Of a DNA stretch of 64,000 bases, positions 25,301 through 39,362 are shown one piece after another (position 1 is the stretch's first letter; each line of letters opens with the position of its first letter). This DNA comes from Bugula neritina (taxonomy: Eukaryota > Animalia > Bryozoa). A model generated the notes under the pieces. It was not told the origin of the DNA. It saw only the letters and a list, made by a program, of their open reading frames with translations, and searched no databases. The position numbers and the translations under genes were made by a program. Where the stretch lies: NCBI GenBank assembly GCA_964035545.1, contig OZ037769.1:7049929-7113928 (forward strand). Direction: 5' to 3'.

Positions 25301-28300
25301 GTTGCAAGGGTCCTTGACTTATTGACTAATGGCAGTCCCAATGTTGGTTTGAGGCTAAACAATTACTATAATAGGTACTCTGGTGGGTAATTGAGTTCCT
25401 CTATAGTCCATAATCTATATTATAGAAGCCTGAACAAGGTATTGATGATCTGAACTCAGCAACCAGAGATTGAAGTGCAAGAGAATTGGTATGACAGTTT
25501 GGAATAGAATGCATGAGGTAGCCATGCAAGTGTGAAATAAAAAAGTATAAATATTCGAATGAAAGGAGAGGTAAATAGCCATAGGTGTTGGTAAAAATAA
25601 TTATGAGCTATCAATTTACTTACTAAAGAAAATACAAGGGAAAGGTTTGGTGGGATGGGGGCAGGATTGTGTTGCCTAATTACAGTGGTGGTGAAAATTT
25701 GCTGTTAGTTAAACTAAAACTTAAATGGTGAAACAATATTCCTGGAAAATCAATGGCCTAAGACTGTCCCAGAATAACGCCAACATTTTTCATGGCCCAG
25801 GCCCAATTGTCAGCTAAAATTTACTCAACTTGAAATATCAAACACTGAAGCGATATAGCACAATACAACAATAGAACTAGATGGCCAAATGAATCTAACT
25901 TGGAATTTGACTTGGAAACGTTAAAATGAGAATTGAGTAATGGCTACAGTATAGTGAATGAGATAATTATAACGATTATAAACTATAATATTCATTTTAC
26001 TTTTAGTATTCGACCACATTGCTGCTAGTTTGCTTCAGTAAATTAATACTAATCTTAGAGGCGAGTAAGACTTGCAGCAACATAAGCATCAACTTGGAAT
26101 ACTTTTTTGAGATTAGAATCAGAATGTTATTTCAATTTGCCTACCAACTAAAAATCTAAGATAATTATTTCAATTGCAACTAACTACACATTTTTATGGT
26201 TGGGGGTAAATTTGAAAAGCATTTTTTCTGCCATTAATATCAATTATACAATAATATTATAGTGACCAGTATACATTACATCCTGATTATAGTCATAAAG
26301 GAGTTTTAATCAACTTAAAGTTAAAGTTATGTTTCTTAATCTTAGCCTTACCTCAACTTTGAATCTGAATCGGTGTTGATGAAACTCCAAAATATAACAC
26401 TAACAGCAAGTGCTATAACGAGCTGGTAACCTTCTAGTTCTACTCTTCAGATTGAAAATAGTCTAAGAAGACCAGGTTTTGCACACCGACGATAATATGC
26501 CTATCACTGTGCACTCAGCATTGCAACTGGTAATTTGTAGCTGTAGTAACAGTTATAGGTTCTTAGCAGCACTCCCAGGTGTCAAATGGTTACTGGATAT
26601 TCAACAAAGTAGAGTCAACAACAATACTGCTTTGTATCTGTTTGATCTTTACAGTCCGTATGTTTGCAAAGTCTTTTTTCAAGAAAAATCTATTCAACAT
26701 TCAGTACGCATGTGACAATCCTTTGCTATTCTCTTCAAGCATTGCAACACTGCAGCCGAAATCCTACTCAAATAACAATCACTGGGATTTTAGTACCGCC
26801 CACAATGTTATTGCGCGTGATTTTCATGACCACGGCTGTTCGATACTGGGAACCGTTAGTTAGCTTATCGCCAAGTACACAACAAAAGTCATTTTAGGAA
26901 CAGTCCCGTGACGATTACCAATAATAGGCAATACGTAATTAAAATTTCCAGTTGGAGAGCGGATATCATTTCAACCAGACGAACTATTTTCACACAATTG
27001 ATCACATGCTTTGACTGTTAAATCTATCTCAAATTATTTATAGTTATTTTAATTTATTTTGAAAGAAAATATCTAATAAATAGCCCACAACTTTTGTATA
27101 CAAGAAGAAAGTGTTCATATTCATTCAAGTGCAAGTGTCAAATATTAGCACCAAGTCAACATTTCAATATGGCCAATTACAGATTGTATTTCGTAAATTT
27201 CTTTCTGCCTAGCTAAATATTGAAACAAAATGAAGTTTTCTGTATACTGGAACTTATCAGCACTTAATTTTTTAACCTTTGAAATAACATACAACGCAGT
27301 AAAAATGCCTGGGGGAAAACCGTGAGAAATGTAAGAGAAATTAATTATAGTCTAAATTCCATCAAGTTTGAGTGACTAATAGATTGGAAGGGAGGACACA
27401 AATTGATGAAACAAAACTAATGATAATATGAGTAGCTAGAATATATATAAACTTGTGCAGTTTCATTTTGCCTGAGCCACTAAAAAGAAAACCAAATTTT
27501 CATCTTTTAAATTTATGAATTTAAACAAGATCGTAGCTATTGCATTAATTTGGTAATAAGTAGACTATGATACCTGCATATAAACTCATAGCAATAATCG
27601 GGATGCTAAGCTAGAGATACTTCCTTGACTAACATGTATTATGTTGAAGTAAAACCAAATTTTTTGTAGAATTTCTAAAAACTTTAAGGGAATCATGGAA
27701 AACGTAAGTAAGTGTTTTGGTTGTAAGGAGAAAAATTTACTGAATAATTAGAAATTTTATGGCATTACAATAGATAAACCCTTTCATTTTGCTGTAGCCT
27801 TGTTTGTAAGACAATTACCAGTATGTTGGATACTAAATGAAGAATAGACTGTGTATTAACTTGTCCAATAATTGCTACATGCAGACTAGTGAGGTATCAA
27901 TATCCATGGGGATCTGTAGTAATGCTATTATATGCCACACCTGGTGCATGTGCTTTCTCTGTAGATAGTACTGAATTGCTACCTGTAAATAAATCCCTAT
28001 AACTCATCATCCCTAGGTAATTCACTTCTATATACTATATTAACTTGAATAAACTCATTGCAATATGTAATAATATGCAAATTATGTTACTCAATCTGCA
28101 TGTAATATTCCCTAGTCTTCCGGTACTTTGCACCTATTGGTAAACATATTATAATATTGAGGTCCCTTTAGAAACAAATTATTAACTGTTGATTCCAAGA
28201 CCTTGTGGTTTAGCTTTTACCTGCATCAGTTGATCCTATATTGCATTATTTATATTTGATTTATAAAAGAAAGCATTTCAAGGACAGGCAACTTCTTATG

Positions 28301-31300
28301 CTGCAGTTATACAGGTTTCACTAATGACGGTAATTTATTTTAGATATCAATAAATACCAATAATTCTGTTCTTATGTGTGTTTAAAGTATACAAACTGAT
28401 ATAAAATGTAAACTTGTACTATTACATTATAATAAGATTGAGAAAGTAGCTCATATATAGACTTAATGAATAGAATAAATAGAATTAAGAAATCATCTCT
28501 ATATCAAATATAATATTTTGTAAGATCAGCAGTTTAACAGAGATTGAAGATGCGTGAGCAATGTTTGCAGATGCTGAGTTACAAAGCAGCCATTGTACTC
28601 AACTTGTACACTTATAATCTGAAAACTTTGCAGTACATTCCAGGATGCCAGCTGTGCATTTAGACTACACGCAAACCAAATGATAGTAGCTGCTTAATAA
28701 CACAGCAGTTCACGGCAAAGAAAAGACAAAAGTAAGAATTACTAAACTATTTTTGCACTATTTAGAAAACTTTGAAAAGTAGCTTAGCAGCTGTGGGTGC
28801 AATTGATAGCAAATAAGAATTGATAATCAGCTGAATATTTAGATATTAGATCTATAGACAATAGTACTGAAATGAAGACAATCATCGGAATAATTGACAA
28901 CTATACTATAGACTGTAGAGTAACATCGACACATGCATTCTAAATACTGAACTTCCTTTTTCCTTAAGTCCAGCTAAAACCAAAATGTGGTTGTAGCATC
29001 GCAGAATTCTGAATATAGTTCATTTTTTTACAATTGAAATTTTGTGGGTGTCACTAAAATGCAAACATGTGAGTAAATGACCCTATAGCAGCTTTAAAAA
29101 ATGGAGTCAAAACCAGTGTAGTTATCTTCCCATTGTTATTATCAATGCATGTCAGCTCATATATTATGCTGTTCACATAAGAACAAGTGGCCTAATATAA
29201 TTTTTTTTCTTGTAAATAATTCTTTTGCCTTTTGACATTCTATGAGAATTAAAAACCGTTTTAGAGTATTTCACTGCATGTAACCTGTCTGTACATAATT
29301 TTATATTATATGATGGCCTGTCTAGGCAAAACTTAGCATGCAAGCACTGCATTGAAAAATTTGGATGAAAATAAAACAGATTAAAAATTGGGTTTCATGC
29401 TTAACCAGCTTATGGATAACTCAATTCACATAAAATAACTTGTTACTCTATATAGCCTATTTCACAATACAGGTTCAATATCATGGTGGCCAAGTTTGTG
29501 TAATAATTTTCATGGCGATCTTTAAGTGAAAAGCAAAACCATTGAGATTCAATAGTGTTATTAATACTCTTTTTAAAAAGATTTTGCAGCATGTGTTATG
29601 ACCAAACATGCCTAGAAGTTATGTAGAGAGCCAGTTTGTGTATTAAATTTGCAGGCATTAACAGTGCAATATTTTTAGTTAGTTTTAAATGGATAGTTTA
29701 AATAAAATTTACTTTCAAGCCAAAACATGGCAGTACCATTGTTATTTGACCTGTTTTCATTTCATCAGAGCTGTCTCAAAGATTGACTCAATTACAGATT
29801 TAACTGAACATTAATTGCTATGAAAACAAAAGTGAACACCACTTGATGTATAGGCTACTGCACATTATACATTTAGCAAACACTTTCTCATCAATTCATT
29901 ATTGAACAGCAATTCCAGGGGACTCATGAGCATAATATTTGATAGCAAACAGAAATATTGAGTTGCAAAGTAGTGTCAAGCAATATTGACAGAAAATCTT
30001 TCAATAGCCAACACCCTTCATGAATGAACAAAAGAAAAATCTATCCTTCATGATCAAACATATTTATTGAAAGCTTAAGGTAAATACATGTATCTATTGT
30101 TTCAGCTATATAACAGTCCACAAAAGCCAAAACCTGTTTAAAATTGTGTTAAATGAAGCATCAGCAGTCAGCTCTGTGTCAAAGCATTACTGAAAAATAA
30201 TACACAGTATTTTGACAAAAAACACTCATAAACTGGTGCAGACATACTGTGTTAGCCAGAAAGCATTATCAGCATAATATACCATCATAATATAATTGTA
30301 CTTTACATTTTTATACCAAGATAATTGTGAGGTTGCATGCAATATAAACTTATAAAACGAGCAGACAACTCAAAACTATTGTAGATATTTCAAAGAAGCT
30401 AATTAAGCAAGTAATATAAAAAATCAAAGCCACAACACTAATAAGTATTAAACTCTAACAGAAACCAATGTGCTAATAACTGCCTGGTAGACATGGTAGT
30501 TTCATGATCAGAAATGTGGACAAAGAAGACTGCAAAGTTCTGCATATATGTAATTGCTTAGTAGTCAAGAACCGTGATTTCAATGTGTAACTCCAAATTA
30601 ACAGAGTGGATAGTAGGTGTGTTCCCAGGATGTAACTGCCACTATTGGTAATACCAGATGAAAAGGCCACAAACACGGGTTTATACAGAGTAGCTGTGCT
30701 AAATAGACCAACTCATGAGATGCATGGATAGTTTGGTCTACTTGAGGGTATATCCTGCAGAGCATTCATCCTTCACCAATACTAAAAGGTAAACAAGAAA
30801 CATATTGTAAGCATGGGAATTGTCACCACTGATTAATATATAGATGCTCCGTGTGGAAGCATCACATACTATCCATTCTTACTTTAAAATAATTTGAATT
30901 TCATTGAAGTGGGAATCCAGAAATGTAGATATTACAGTTGAAAATAATTTAGGAGTGAATGGGAAAGGAAATTATTTTTGTGAAACAGCACATTGCAGAT
31001 TTACATAGTAATATCAAAGCACATTATCCAACCTCAAGAAACATGCTCAATTATGAAGCGAATTACAGAAAAAATATGCCAGATAGGAACTTGATCTGAT
31101 GAGGTAACTTGTACAGTCTACTATGATGATGAGCTGGCAGAGATGTCGCATATAGTAGACTAAAATTTATACTAAAATTTTGTGCACAGCCTATCACAGG
31201 CAATGTAAGTATTCTAAGTCAGAGTAGACCACAGTCTACAGTTGCACCAACAGAATTTAAGATACTAAAATACAATTCTGCACTGTGTTTTCGCAAGATT

Positions 31301-32120
31301 AGAGAATCAGATTGTCCAGTTGAAGAAGCTTCAAACCACCATTAACACAGCTCCTTATAACACAAGCACTCATTGAACATAACTAAAAAGTTAACTTCAG
31401 CATTTATAAACTGAATTCGATTTATAAACTCATTTCGATCCAAAAACGAGTTTACTAGGAGAACACAACTCATCAACACCTCAAACATTTATAAACACTT
31501 GGGTTTGTCTTTTAGTTTAAATCTTTCTTATTTTATCTTTTCATTGAAAATCTTTAATAAATTTTCAAAACCAATCAAATGAAACAAAAGGTTTCAGTAT
31601 TGATGGAAATAGAACTCATAAATACAATCCCAAACAACCAAGAATAACTTTCATGAATGCATAACAGCGTAAAAAGAAATATGAAATTATACCTTTGTGT
31701 TGAATCAACCAATTCCATGTTTAGGTTGATTGACTGGCATTTTCGAAATTCTTCCATGAGCAGGCAGGAGCATCAGTGACTTTTCATTCCATGGAAAGTG
31801 TGACAAAAAATTTACATAAAGTAACCTAGTGTTGATTGGTCTATTATATCGGTAGACTTGAATATTCCAGCAGATGGTTATGTACGGGAAGGTGTTTAAA
31901 CAGTTGATCTTTTGAAAACTAACAACTAATAGCGGTTTTTACCAGTTTTTATGTAGCTACTATTGGATAGGTCCATTGATGAATCGGCTTAGCAAAGAAA
32001 AAAGTAATTACGGTTCAAAAAGGAAATAGATAAGAGTGTTTTGAGTTGAAAAAGGGCAGCGGGTAGTCGTCTGTTCACATTTTGTACATATTTCATAGAT
32101 ATAAAATAACAATTTGCTAA

Positions 32121-35100
32121 TTAGTTGGGTTTTTTAATCCGTCGGACAGCCTTCTTAATGGTACGATCTGTAGGTATGCTGAGTTGACTACTAGAAATAG
32201 CAAAATTATTAGCAGGTGCTGATTGCAAATTCATAAGATTTGTGCTATTTGACGGGGCACCGTTGATGCCAAAAGTGGCAGAGTCTTCACTTGACGCAGT
32301 TGCCCCACCTATGGGGAAACCACTCCCAAAAATTGGAGGGTTAGCAAGGTTACTGCCAAAGGCTTTTTTGCTAGGTACTATTTCGTCATTTCCACTACCA
32401 GTACGTTTCCCAGCATTGAACTTATTAGTAGATGCTGAAGCTGGACCAAACTGAAAACTGGCACTAGAGAGTTGTGTAGACGCAAAAGAGAAACCAGAAG
32501 TTTGCATAGAACTGTTATTTGTATTGCCAATAGCAGACGGTGCTGAAAAATTAATTTCTAATTTTTGTCCTAGACCAGAATGCATACTTGGTAATTTAGA
32601 ATCGGCTTTGAGTCCAAATGTATTTGCCTGAACAAATGTTGATGGGTTAGAGCTGCCAAATGAGAACTCCGGCTTTGCTGATGTGACAGTGGTTGTGACT
32701 AGATCAGAGTTGTTGGCAAAGGAAGTATTAAAGGAGAATTGTGCATTAACTTGTAACTGTGATGTCGACGGTGGGGCAATTGCTGGTTTGGTTACCGCAA
32801 CAACAGGATTGTATGGAAACCCAGACCTAGAATCAACACTAGTAGTAGGAACAGGCTTGCTAGAAGTCAGCTGACTTGAGAAATTAAACCCAGGAAGAGC
32901 AGCTTTACTAGCTGAAACTTTATTAGTTGATGGCAGACTGATTGTTGGTGTGGAGGTTTTCAAACTGGATTCTAAAGATGTAGAAATTATTGGTGGTTGA
33001 ATATTCTGAAAACTAGTTGAAGAGACTGATGGCAATGAAACACTGGAAACTGCTGTAGTAGTGGGTACACCACTTGGAAACAATAAACTTTCCAATTTTC
33101 CTCCAGGCACTGCGATGTCTTTAGCTGTATATTCATAGAGTGGAAGATGATTATGACCCTTGGGACCTAAGGAAATCATAGTGCCAGGTTTGCATGCATT
33201 GCAAGATTTACAAAATGATGTGTTCCGGTCATTCACAGTGTAACAAGTATTACAGTTCCAACGATCCTTCCACCAATCCGGGTTGAATGAATCTTGCGTT
33301 GAACCTAAAGTAGGTAATAATTGCACATGTGAATAAATTTTATAAATATCATAATTAAAGTGTTGCTCAACAAAATTTCATCAACAGGAATTTATAAGTT
33401 GAAAAATTCCACAGTTACTGTATACAGAATTATACTGCAACAACTAATTATCTTGACCTAGCATACCGGCAGCATTGCCTTTAGGATTCACAGTTCCACA
33501 AACTTGACATGTCACTCGATCTACGGAGTTCAATGCACCACATGAAGTAGAGGGGCAGTTCCATAAATTGAAAGGGTTGCTCCTGGAGTTCGCATCAACT
33601 AACTTTTGAGACTGGTTAAAATTCAGCACACTTGAATGAGCAGAATTAGTATTAGGAACAACATTGCTTTGTTTTGCCGACCCACAGGAAACACATTTAG
33701 GCTGAATTTGATCGTTTTTCAACAAACATGTCGAACAACTCCATTGCGTCTTTTGATTTTGAAACAAATTTGTCCACCCAGCAGAAGAACTAGAAGCATG
33801 CTTATTTGAGTTGAACTCAAACATATTTTTTAAATTAGTGTTGAAGTTTGAGGAGTTAGGTGGTTTTGGAGATTGACTTGTAGCAACTGGTGATTTGGCT
33901 CCTGGCTTAGCTTCACCACAAGCAACACATTTGGACAATGTGTCATTGTTTTTTATCAAACAACTGGGGCACCCCCATTGCTTTTGCTGATTTTTCAACA
34001 GGTTCCCCCAACCACTTCCAGTGGTGGAAGTAGATGTGCTTGGTGGTGTCTTTGCTGCAACTGCTGACACGACCCCTGGCTTAGCTTCACCACAAGCAAC
34101 ACATTTGGACAATGTGTCATTGTTTTTTATCAAACAACTGGGGCACCCCCATTGCTTTTGCTGACTTTTCAACAGGTTCCCCCAACCACTTCCAGTGGTG
34201 GAAGTAGATGTGCTTGGTGGTGTCTTTGCTGCAACTGCTGACACGGCCCCTGGCTTAGCTTCACCACAAGCAACACATTTGGACAATGTGTCATTGTTTT
34301 TTATCAAACAACTGAGGCACCCCCATTGCTTTTGCTGACTTTTCAACAGGTTCCCCCAACCACTTCCAGTGGTGGAAGTAGATGTGCTTGGTGGTGTCTT
34401 TGCTGCAACTGCTGACACGACCCCTGGCTTAGCTTCACCACAAGCAACACATTTGGACAATGTGTCATTGTTTTTTATCAAACAACTGGGGCACCCCCAT
34501 TGCTTTTGCTGACTTTTCAACAGGTTCCCCCAACCACTTCCAGTGGTGGAAGTAGATGTGCTTGGTGGTGTCTTTGCTGCAACTGCTGACACGGCCCCTG
34601 GCTTAGCTTCACCACAAGCAACACATTTGGACAATGTGTCATTGTTTTTTATCAAACAACTGGGACATCCCCATTGCTTTTGCTGACTTTTCAATAGGTT
34701 CCCCCAACCACTTCCAGTGCTGGGAGTAGATGTGCTTGGTGGTGTCTTTGCTGCAATTGCTGACACGGCCCCTGGCTTAGCTTCACCACAAGCAACACAT
34801 TTGGACAATGTGTCATTGTTTTTTATCAAACAACTGGGGCACCCCCATTGCTTTTGCTGACTTTTCAACAGGTTCCCCCAACCACTTCCAGTGGTGGAAG
34901 TAGATGTGCTTGGTGGTGTCTTTGCTGCAACTGCTGACACGGCCCCTGGCTTAGCTTCACCACAAGCAACACATTTGGACAATGTGTCATTGTTTTTTAT
35001 CAAACAACTGGGACATCCCCATTGCTTTTGCTGACTTTCCAATAGGTTCCCCCAACCACTTCCAGTGCTGGGAGTAGATGTGCTTGGTGGGTTTTTTGTT

Positions 35101-37861
35101 TCAATTGCTGACATGGGTTCTGGCTTAGCTTCACCACAAGCAACACACTTGGACAATGTATCATTGTTTTTGATCAAACAGCTGGGGCACCCCCATTGCT
35201 TTTGCTGATTTTTCAGCAGGTTTCCCCATCCACTTTCAAATTTACATAACTGATCTGATTGCACTGGGGTACTGTCACTAGTTGCTGCACGATGATCCTT
35301 TTCTCTTGAAGTTATTGCAGTAGGAATTGAAAACATAAACTGTTCTGTAGTTGCCGGAACTGACTCTGAAAACTTTACTGATGTAGGGTAGCTGGGCAAA
35401 CTAAAAACAAAACTGTCGTTATTTTTAGCAATCGGTGACAAATTCAATTTTATGTCTTTATTTGTAGGTAGTGGCAAAGCTACATTATGCAAATTTGCAT
35501 AAATATCATTAGCATTAGACTCATTTACTTGGTGACTGTAATGAGAACGCTCCTTTTTCATTTTGCCACCAGCAGCAGATGGTGTTTTATGTACCTGTTT
35601 GGAATGGAGTTGAATATAAGAAGTAGGTGACCTCGGGGTTAACAGTGCACTAGATCTTGTTTTTTCTTTAGTTCCAATGAACTTTGTAAGACTTGCAAGT
35701 GGCGGAGTGCTTACTGAGGCCTGTTGGTTATTAGGTTCTACAGATTTTCGAAGATATCCCGCAGGATTCAGTAGATTCCATTTTTGATCCTTCAGTACAC
35801 TTGGCTCAGAACCAGTATTCTCTAAAGCTTTTAAAATCACTTTGGCTGCTTTGGTAGGTGTAGCACTAGTCTCCTCCATTGCATTATTCACTTTCATCTT
35901 TTTGGAAGCTTTTTTATAAGAAATCGGGGCTGGCAAATTTAGCATCTTTTTGCTTGAATGGCCACCAAAAACAGTTTTGCCTTCATAAAATGAGGAGTTT
36001 CCAAAACTTTTAGAAGTTAAAATTGAATTATCCATCATACTTTCATTCAATGATCTGGTAAACGAGCTCATATTAGCTAATTTGGATGTATTCATAAATG
36101 AGTTGAATGATTGATATTGCACCACTTTTCCTTTTTCAACAGTCGTGCCACAAGCATCATCGAAATAAACTTGTTTCCTCAGTGAATGGGACTGAGAAAC
36201 ATCACGGGAAGATGAAGGCTTAACTTTTTCTAAAAATAAACCAATTATCAAAAGCTAAAAAGCAAGTATTTATAAAAAGTATCAGCACAGATACAAGAAA
36301 AAATAGAGTAAGGTGGTGACAGAATTTTAAAGCACACCTGCAGAATCACTTCCAAGTTTATTGGACATAGAAACAGACTCCATTGGAAGATGGTGGCTTT
36401 GCTGATTATAGGTAGACCTTACTGGTGGCATACTTGAAGGCTTGGTAGCCACAACTTTCAGTTGTTCAGCTGAGTAAGAGAGACGTTTTGTTGCATAAAT
36501 GCTTTCAGGCTCTAAGTCACCAGAAGACAGAGCTTCACCACTTTCAACTATAAAGTAAAACATGCAACTGTTAGTTAAACTAATGAGCTGACTGACAGGG
36601 ATGCAGAAATATGGCAATTGAAAATAGTGACTAGCAAGCAGGCGATTTGTACCTTGCGTATTTTCGACGGAGCTGAATTTATTAGCACCATCAGAACTTG
36701 CAGCAATCCAAGAAGGAGTGAGATAGTATTTAACAGTGCTGGTCACCTAAAAGAGAAAAAGCTTAACCTTAACACACAAACCGGAATGTATTGAAATATT
36801 TAGCAATGCAGAGAACTCGAAAATACCCTGTTAATAGGGTCATTTTACTTAATTTAGTACACACTGGATATCTTTAGTTTTCAGCTATTTTTCTCAATTT
36901 AGCTGCTAACGGACATAGATTTTTTGGCCAAAACTAGTAAAACACCAATAAATACACTTAAATAATCAAAGTTCTTTTCAAATTTGCTTCATTTCCCATG
37001 TTTTTTTTCTAATTATTCAGCTACTTTTGGTTGTGGACCGTTACGGTTTTTTTGTAACGGTCCGCACCCCTAATAAGCTAAATATATAAGAAAAAACATG
37101 GGAAATCAAGAAAAATTAAGAAGAACCTTTATTGTTTCGGTGTATTTATTGGTGCTTTACTAGTTTTGGGCAAAAGGCCATGTTCATTACCAGCTAAATT
37201 GTGAAAAATAGCTAAAAACTGAAGATATCTAGTGTGTACTAAATTAAGTAAAATGATTCAATAGCAAAATTTAATGTAGAATATCTGACCATGATAGCAT
37301 ATATATATATATATATTTTTTTTTTTTATTTTAGAACTATTAGATTTAATGCTTCCCGTGAGAAACAGAACCCTCTGGTAACACCAAAATTATTATTTAG
37401 TAGCAGTAGTACCATTTCAATTATAATCAGCATCAGCATGCAACTGGAATTATCATTATATTAAATTTAATTTTGGCTATTGCAATAACTATAAGTTAAA
37501 CTTTACTATAACTGTAACTGCAAGTATATTAAATACAATGTAATATAAAGTATAACTATATTTAAATCTTAAGATTATTTTACATTATTTTAATCCTCAC
37601 CTTTGAAAATAGCGTGTTCCTGTCCCGATTGATTTTCTTAGGGTCTGAAGGCAAGTTTATTTTACTCTCTGGTGGTCTAGCATAAGGCGTGTTTTTAAAA
37701 CCAAAGGCACTGTGGCTATAGCTAGGTTTTACTTTGGCTTTTTGATTTTTCATTAATAACTGCTCAGATTCAGACTTTAAGACACCGAGAGTAAGAGCAT
37801 TATCATTAACATGATGATCATAGTCATTCGCATTTTCATTGTGGGATTCACTTACACTCAT
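32121..37861 (-). CDS. NUP153: Nucleoporin Nup153-like with 11 RanBP2-type zinc fingers
   Basis: Exons 37861-37601, 36746-36653, 36547-36338, 36229-33467, 33304-32121. Nup153-like motifs: TPYARP, LFSKVTSTVKYYLTPSWI, SSFYEGKTVFGG, GGKMKKER, FVFSLP/FMFSIP, W-x-C-x2-C-x3-N-x6-C-x2-C fingers, FSFG/FQFG repeats and the basic C-terminus RTIKKAVRR. Confidence 0.9.
33900..35235 (-). repeat. Coding tandem repeat, 174-bp unit (58 aa) x8, one RanBP2 zinc finger per unit
   Basis: The anchor ccccattgcttttgctga recurs eight times at 174-bp spacing between about 33973 and 35191. Confidence 0.95.
36840..37256. mobile_element. Foldback / MITE-like long inverted repeat in NUP153 intron 1
   Basis: Arms about 36840-37044 and 37054-37256 are imperfect reverse complements (TCATTTTACTTAATTTAGTACACACT / AGTGTGTACTAAATTAAGTAAAATGA; GGACCGTTAC / GTAACGGTCC) around a 9-nt loop. 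Confidence 0.85.
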
Positions 37862-38454
37862 AGTGATAGTTGTAAGTGTAAGTCACTATCACTACGGCTA
37901 TGGTAGCGATACTATATTAATAATAATATAGAGTATAGACTAATCTTGTCCTGATTCAGTGACGCTGCTAGCAATAGTCGTAGAGTTACTGTTAGAGTGA
38001 CACTGACTATTGTCGTTGAGTGATACAATCAGAATCACTGTCAGAGTGGGAGTCAGAGTGCCAGTGACTGCGAGTCAGTTTTAGCTTGCCACCGTGGAAC
38101 TGGATGTGATTTACTCAATTTGAATTCACTTACTTTTAGTTTAAGTTTTACAATTACGGACAGTCTCAGTTTGAGTTTAACTTTATAATAAAGATTATCG
38201 TTGGCGTTACTGTTAGTGTTAGGATACAGTCTTACTACGTCTACTAGTACTAGTACTAGGTCTAGTGTTGGTGTACTACTACTACTAGTAGTAGTACTTG
38301 CCAGCAAAAATTAGAGAAGCTAAAGTTGAATTTAAGCTCACAATCTCTATCAGTTAAACCCAAAAACTTAAACTCATATAACTAAAGTGAAAGTCTAACT
38401 GTATCATAACTATAACCGTATAACTATAACTGTATAAGTATAAGTATAGCGTGT

Positions 38455-38502
38455 TACTGTCGATTCCGGTGAATTAAGATTTGAATTGCACACCGGAAAT
38501 GA
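38455..38502. promoter_or_regulatory. Candidate shared promoter between divergent NUP153 and ALDH7A1
   Basis: Two oppositely oriented CCGGAA (ETS-like) motifs at about 38464-38469 and 38492-38497, between head-to-head genes. Confidence 0.35.
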
Positions 38503-38989
38503 ATTAAAAATACATTCACAATAAATTCGCAATTCAATTTTATCACATCTTCATAGTGCCAGGCCCAGTAGACTTACTTTTAGTACTAGTAGCAAAGCAA
38601 TACTATGACGTTTTCAATGGATGTGGCTTCGTTATTATAAATATGTATTATTATGAGAGTGTTAATATTAATATTGCTTATTAATTATTAGTAATTAAAA
38701 AGTCTCACTAATAAAATTAAAAAAGAAACACTGCTAGTTACTAGTTGCCCGCCAGTAAATGCAAATGTGCGCTCGAAGAGCCGACATGGGCAGATTAGCG
38801 GTGACTCACTAACTATCGGAATATTTTAACTTTTTTACGACGTCCCTTTTTAATAGACAATCCGTGTTTGCAAAGGCGAGCATGGGTTAAGTTGAATTTG
38901 CTATAATGAAATCCAAGTCCAAAGTTGTAGTACTAAAGTCAGCTGCATTATTATGAATATGCAACAGCGCTAAACGACAACAAAGGCGT

Positions 38990-39362
38990 TACTAATAGTA
39001 ATACTAATAGTAATATTATTAAATAATAATAACAGTTCTTTTTATTTATTACTATGTTTCACTATATTTATAAATACTAAAAATAAAATAGTAATACTAA
39101 ATTTATACTAATACTAATACTAATAGTTGAGTAATACTAATACTAATAGTGATACTAATACTAATACTAATAGTAATACTAATAGTAATAGTAAATAGTA
39201 TTGCTTATAGTAATACTAATAGTTATAGTATTACTATTACATTTACTGTATTAGTATTACTATCAGTAATACTAATTTACATTACTATAACTAGTAGCCA
39301 GGTTACTATTAGTAATAGTAATACTAATACTATTAGTATTACTATTAGTATTAGTATTACAT
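38990..39362. repeat. Degenerate (TAA/TAC/TAG)n low-complexity tract
   Basis: taatactaatagtaat-type repeats; they generate the spurious ORF 39149-39370. Confidence 0.85.

Noticed and set aside
26479-26897. Three overlapping short + strand ORFs
   Set aside because: No motifs or splice support; the region looks like the 5'/promoter end of the SH3 gene.
30473-30790. Highly decayed LINE RT remnant (SSGITNSGSYILGTHLL resembling SGVPQGSVLGP)
   Set aside because: Similarity too weak to support by eye; needs a profile search.
24291-31120. Hammerhead ribozyme cores at CTGATGA motifs (about 24293, 29762, 31097)
   Set aside because: No correctly placed GAAA with a stem II and flanking helices.
33900-35235. 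CRISPR-like array
   Set aside because: Units are contiguous, in-frame coding repeats with no unique spacers, in a eukaryotic gene.
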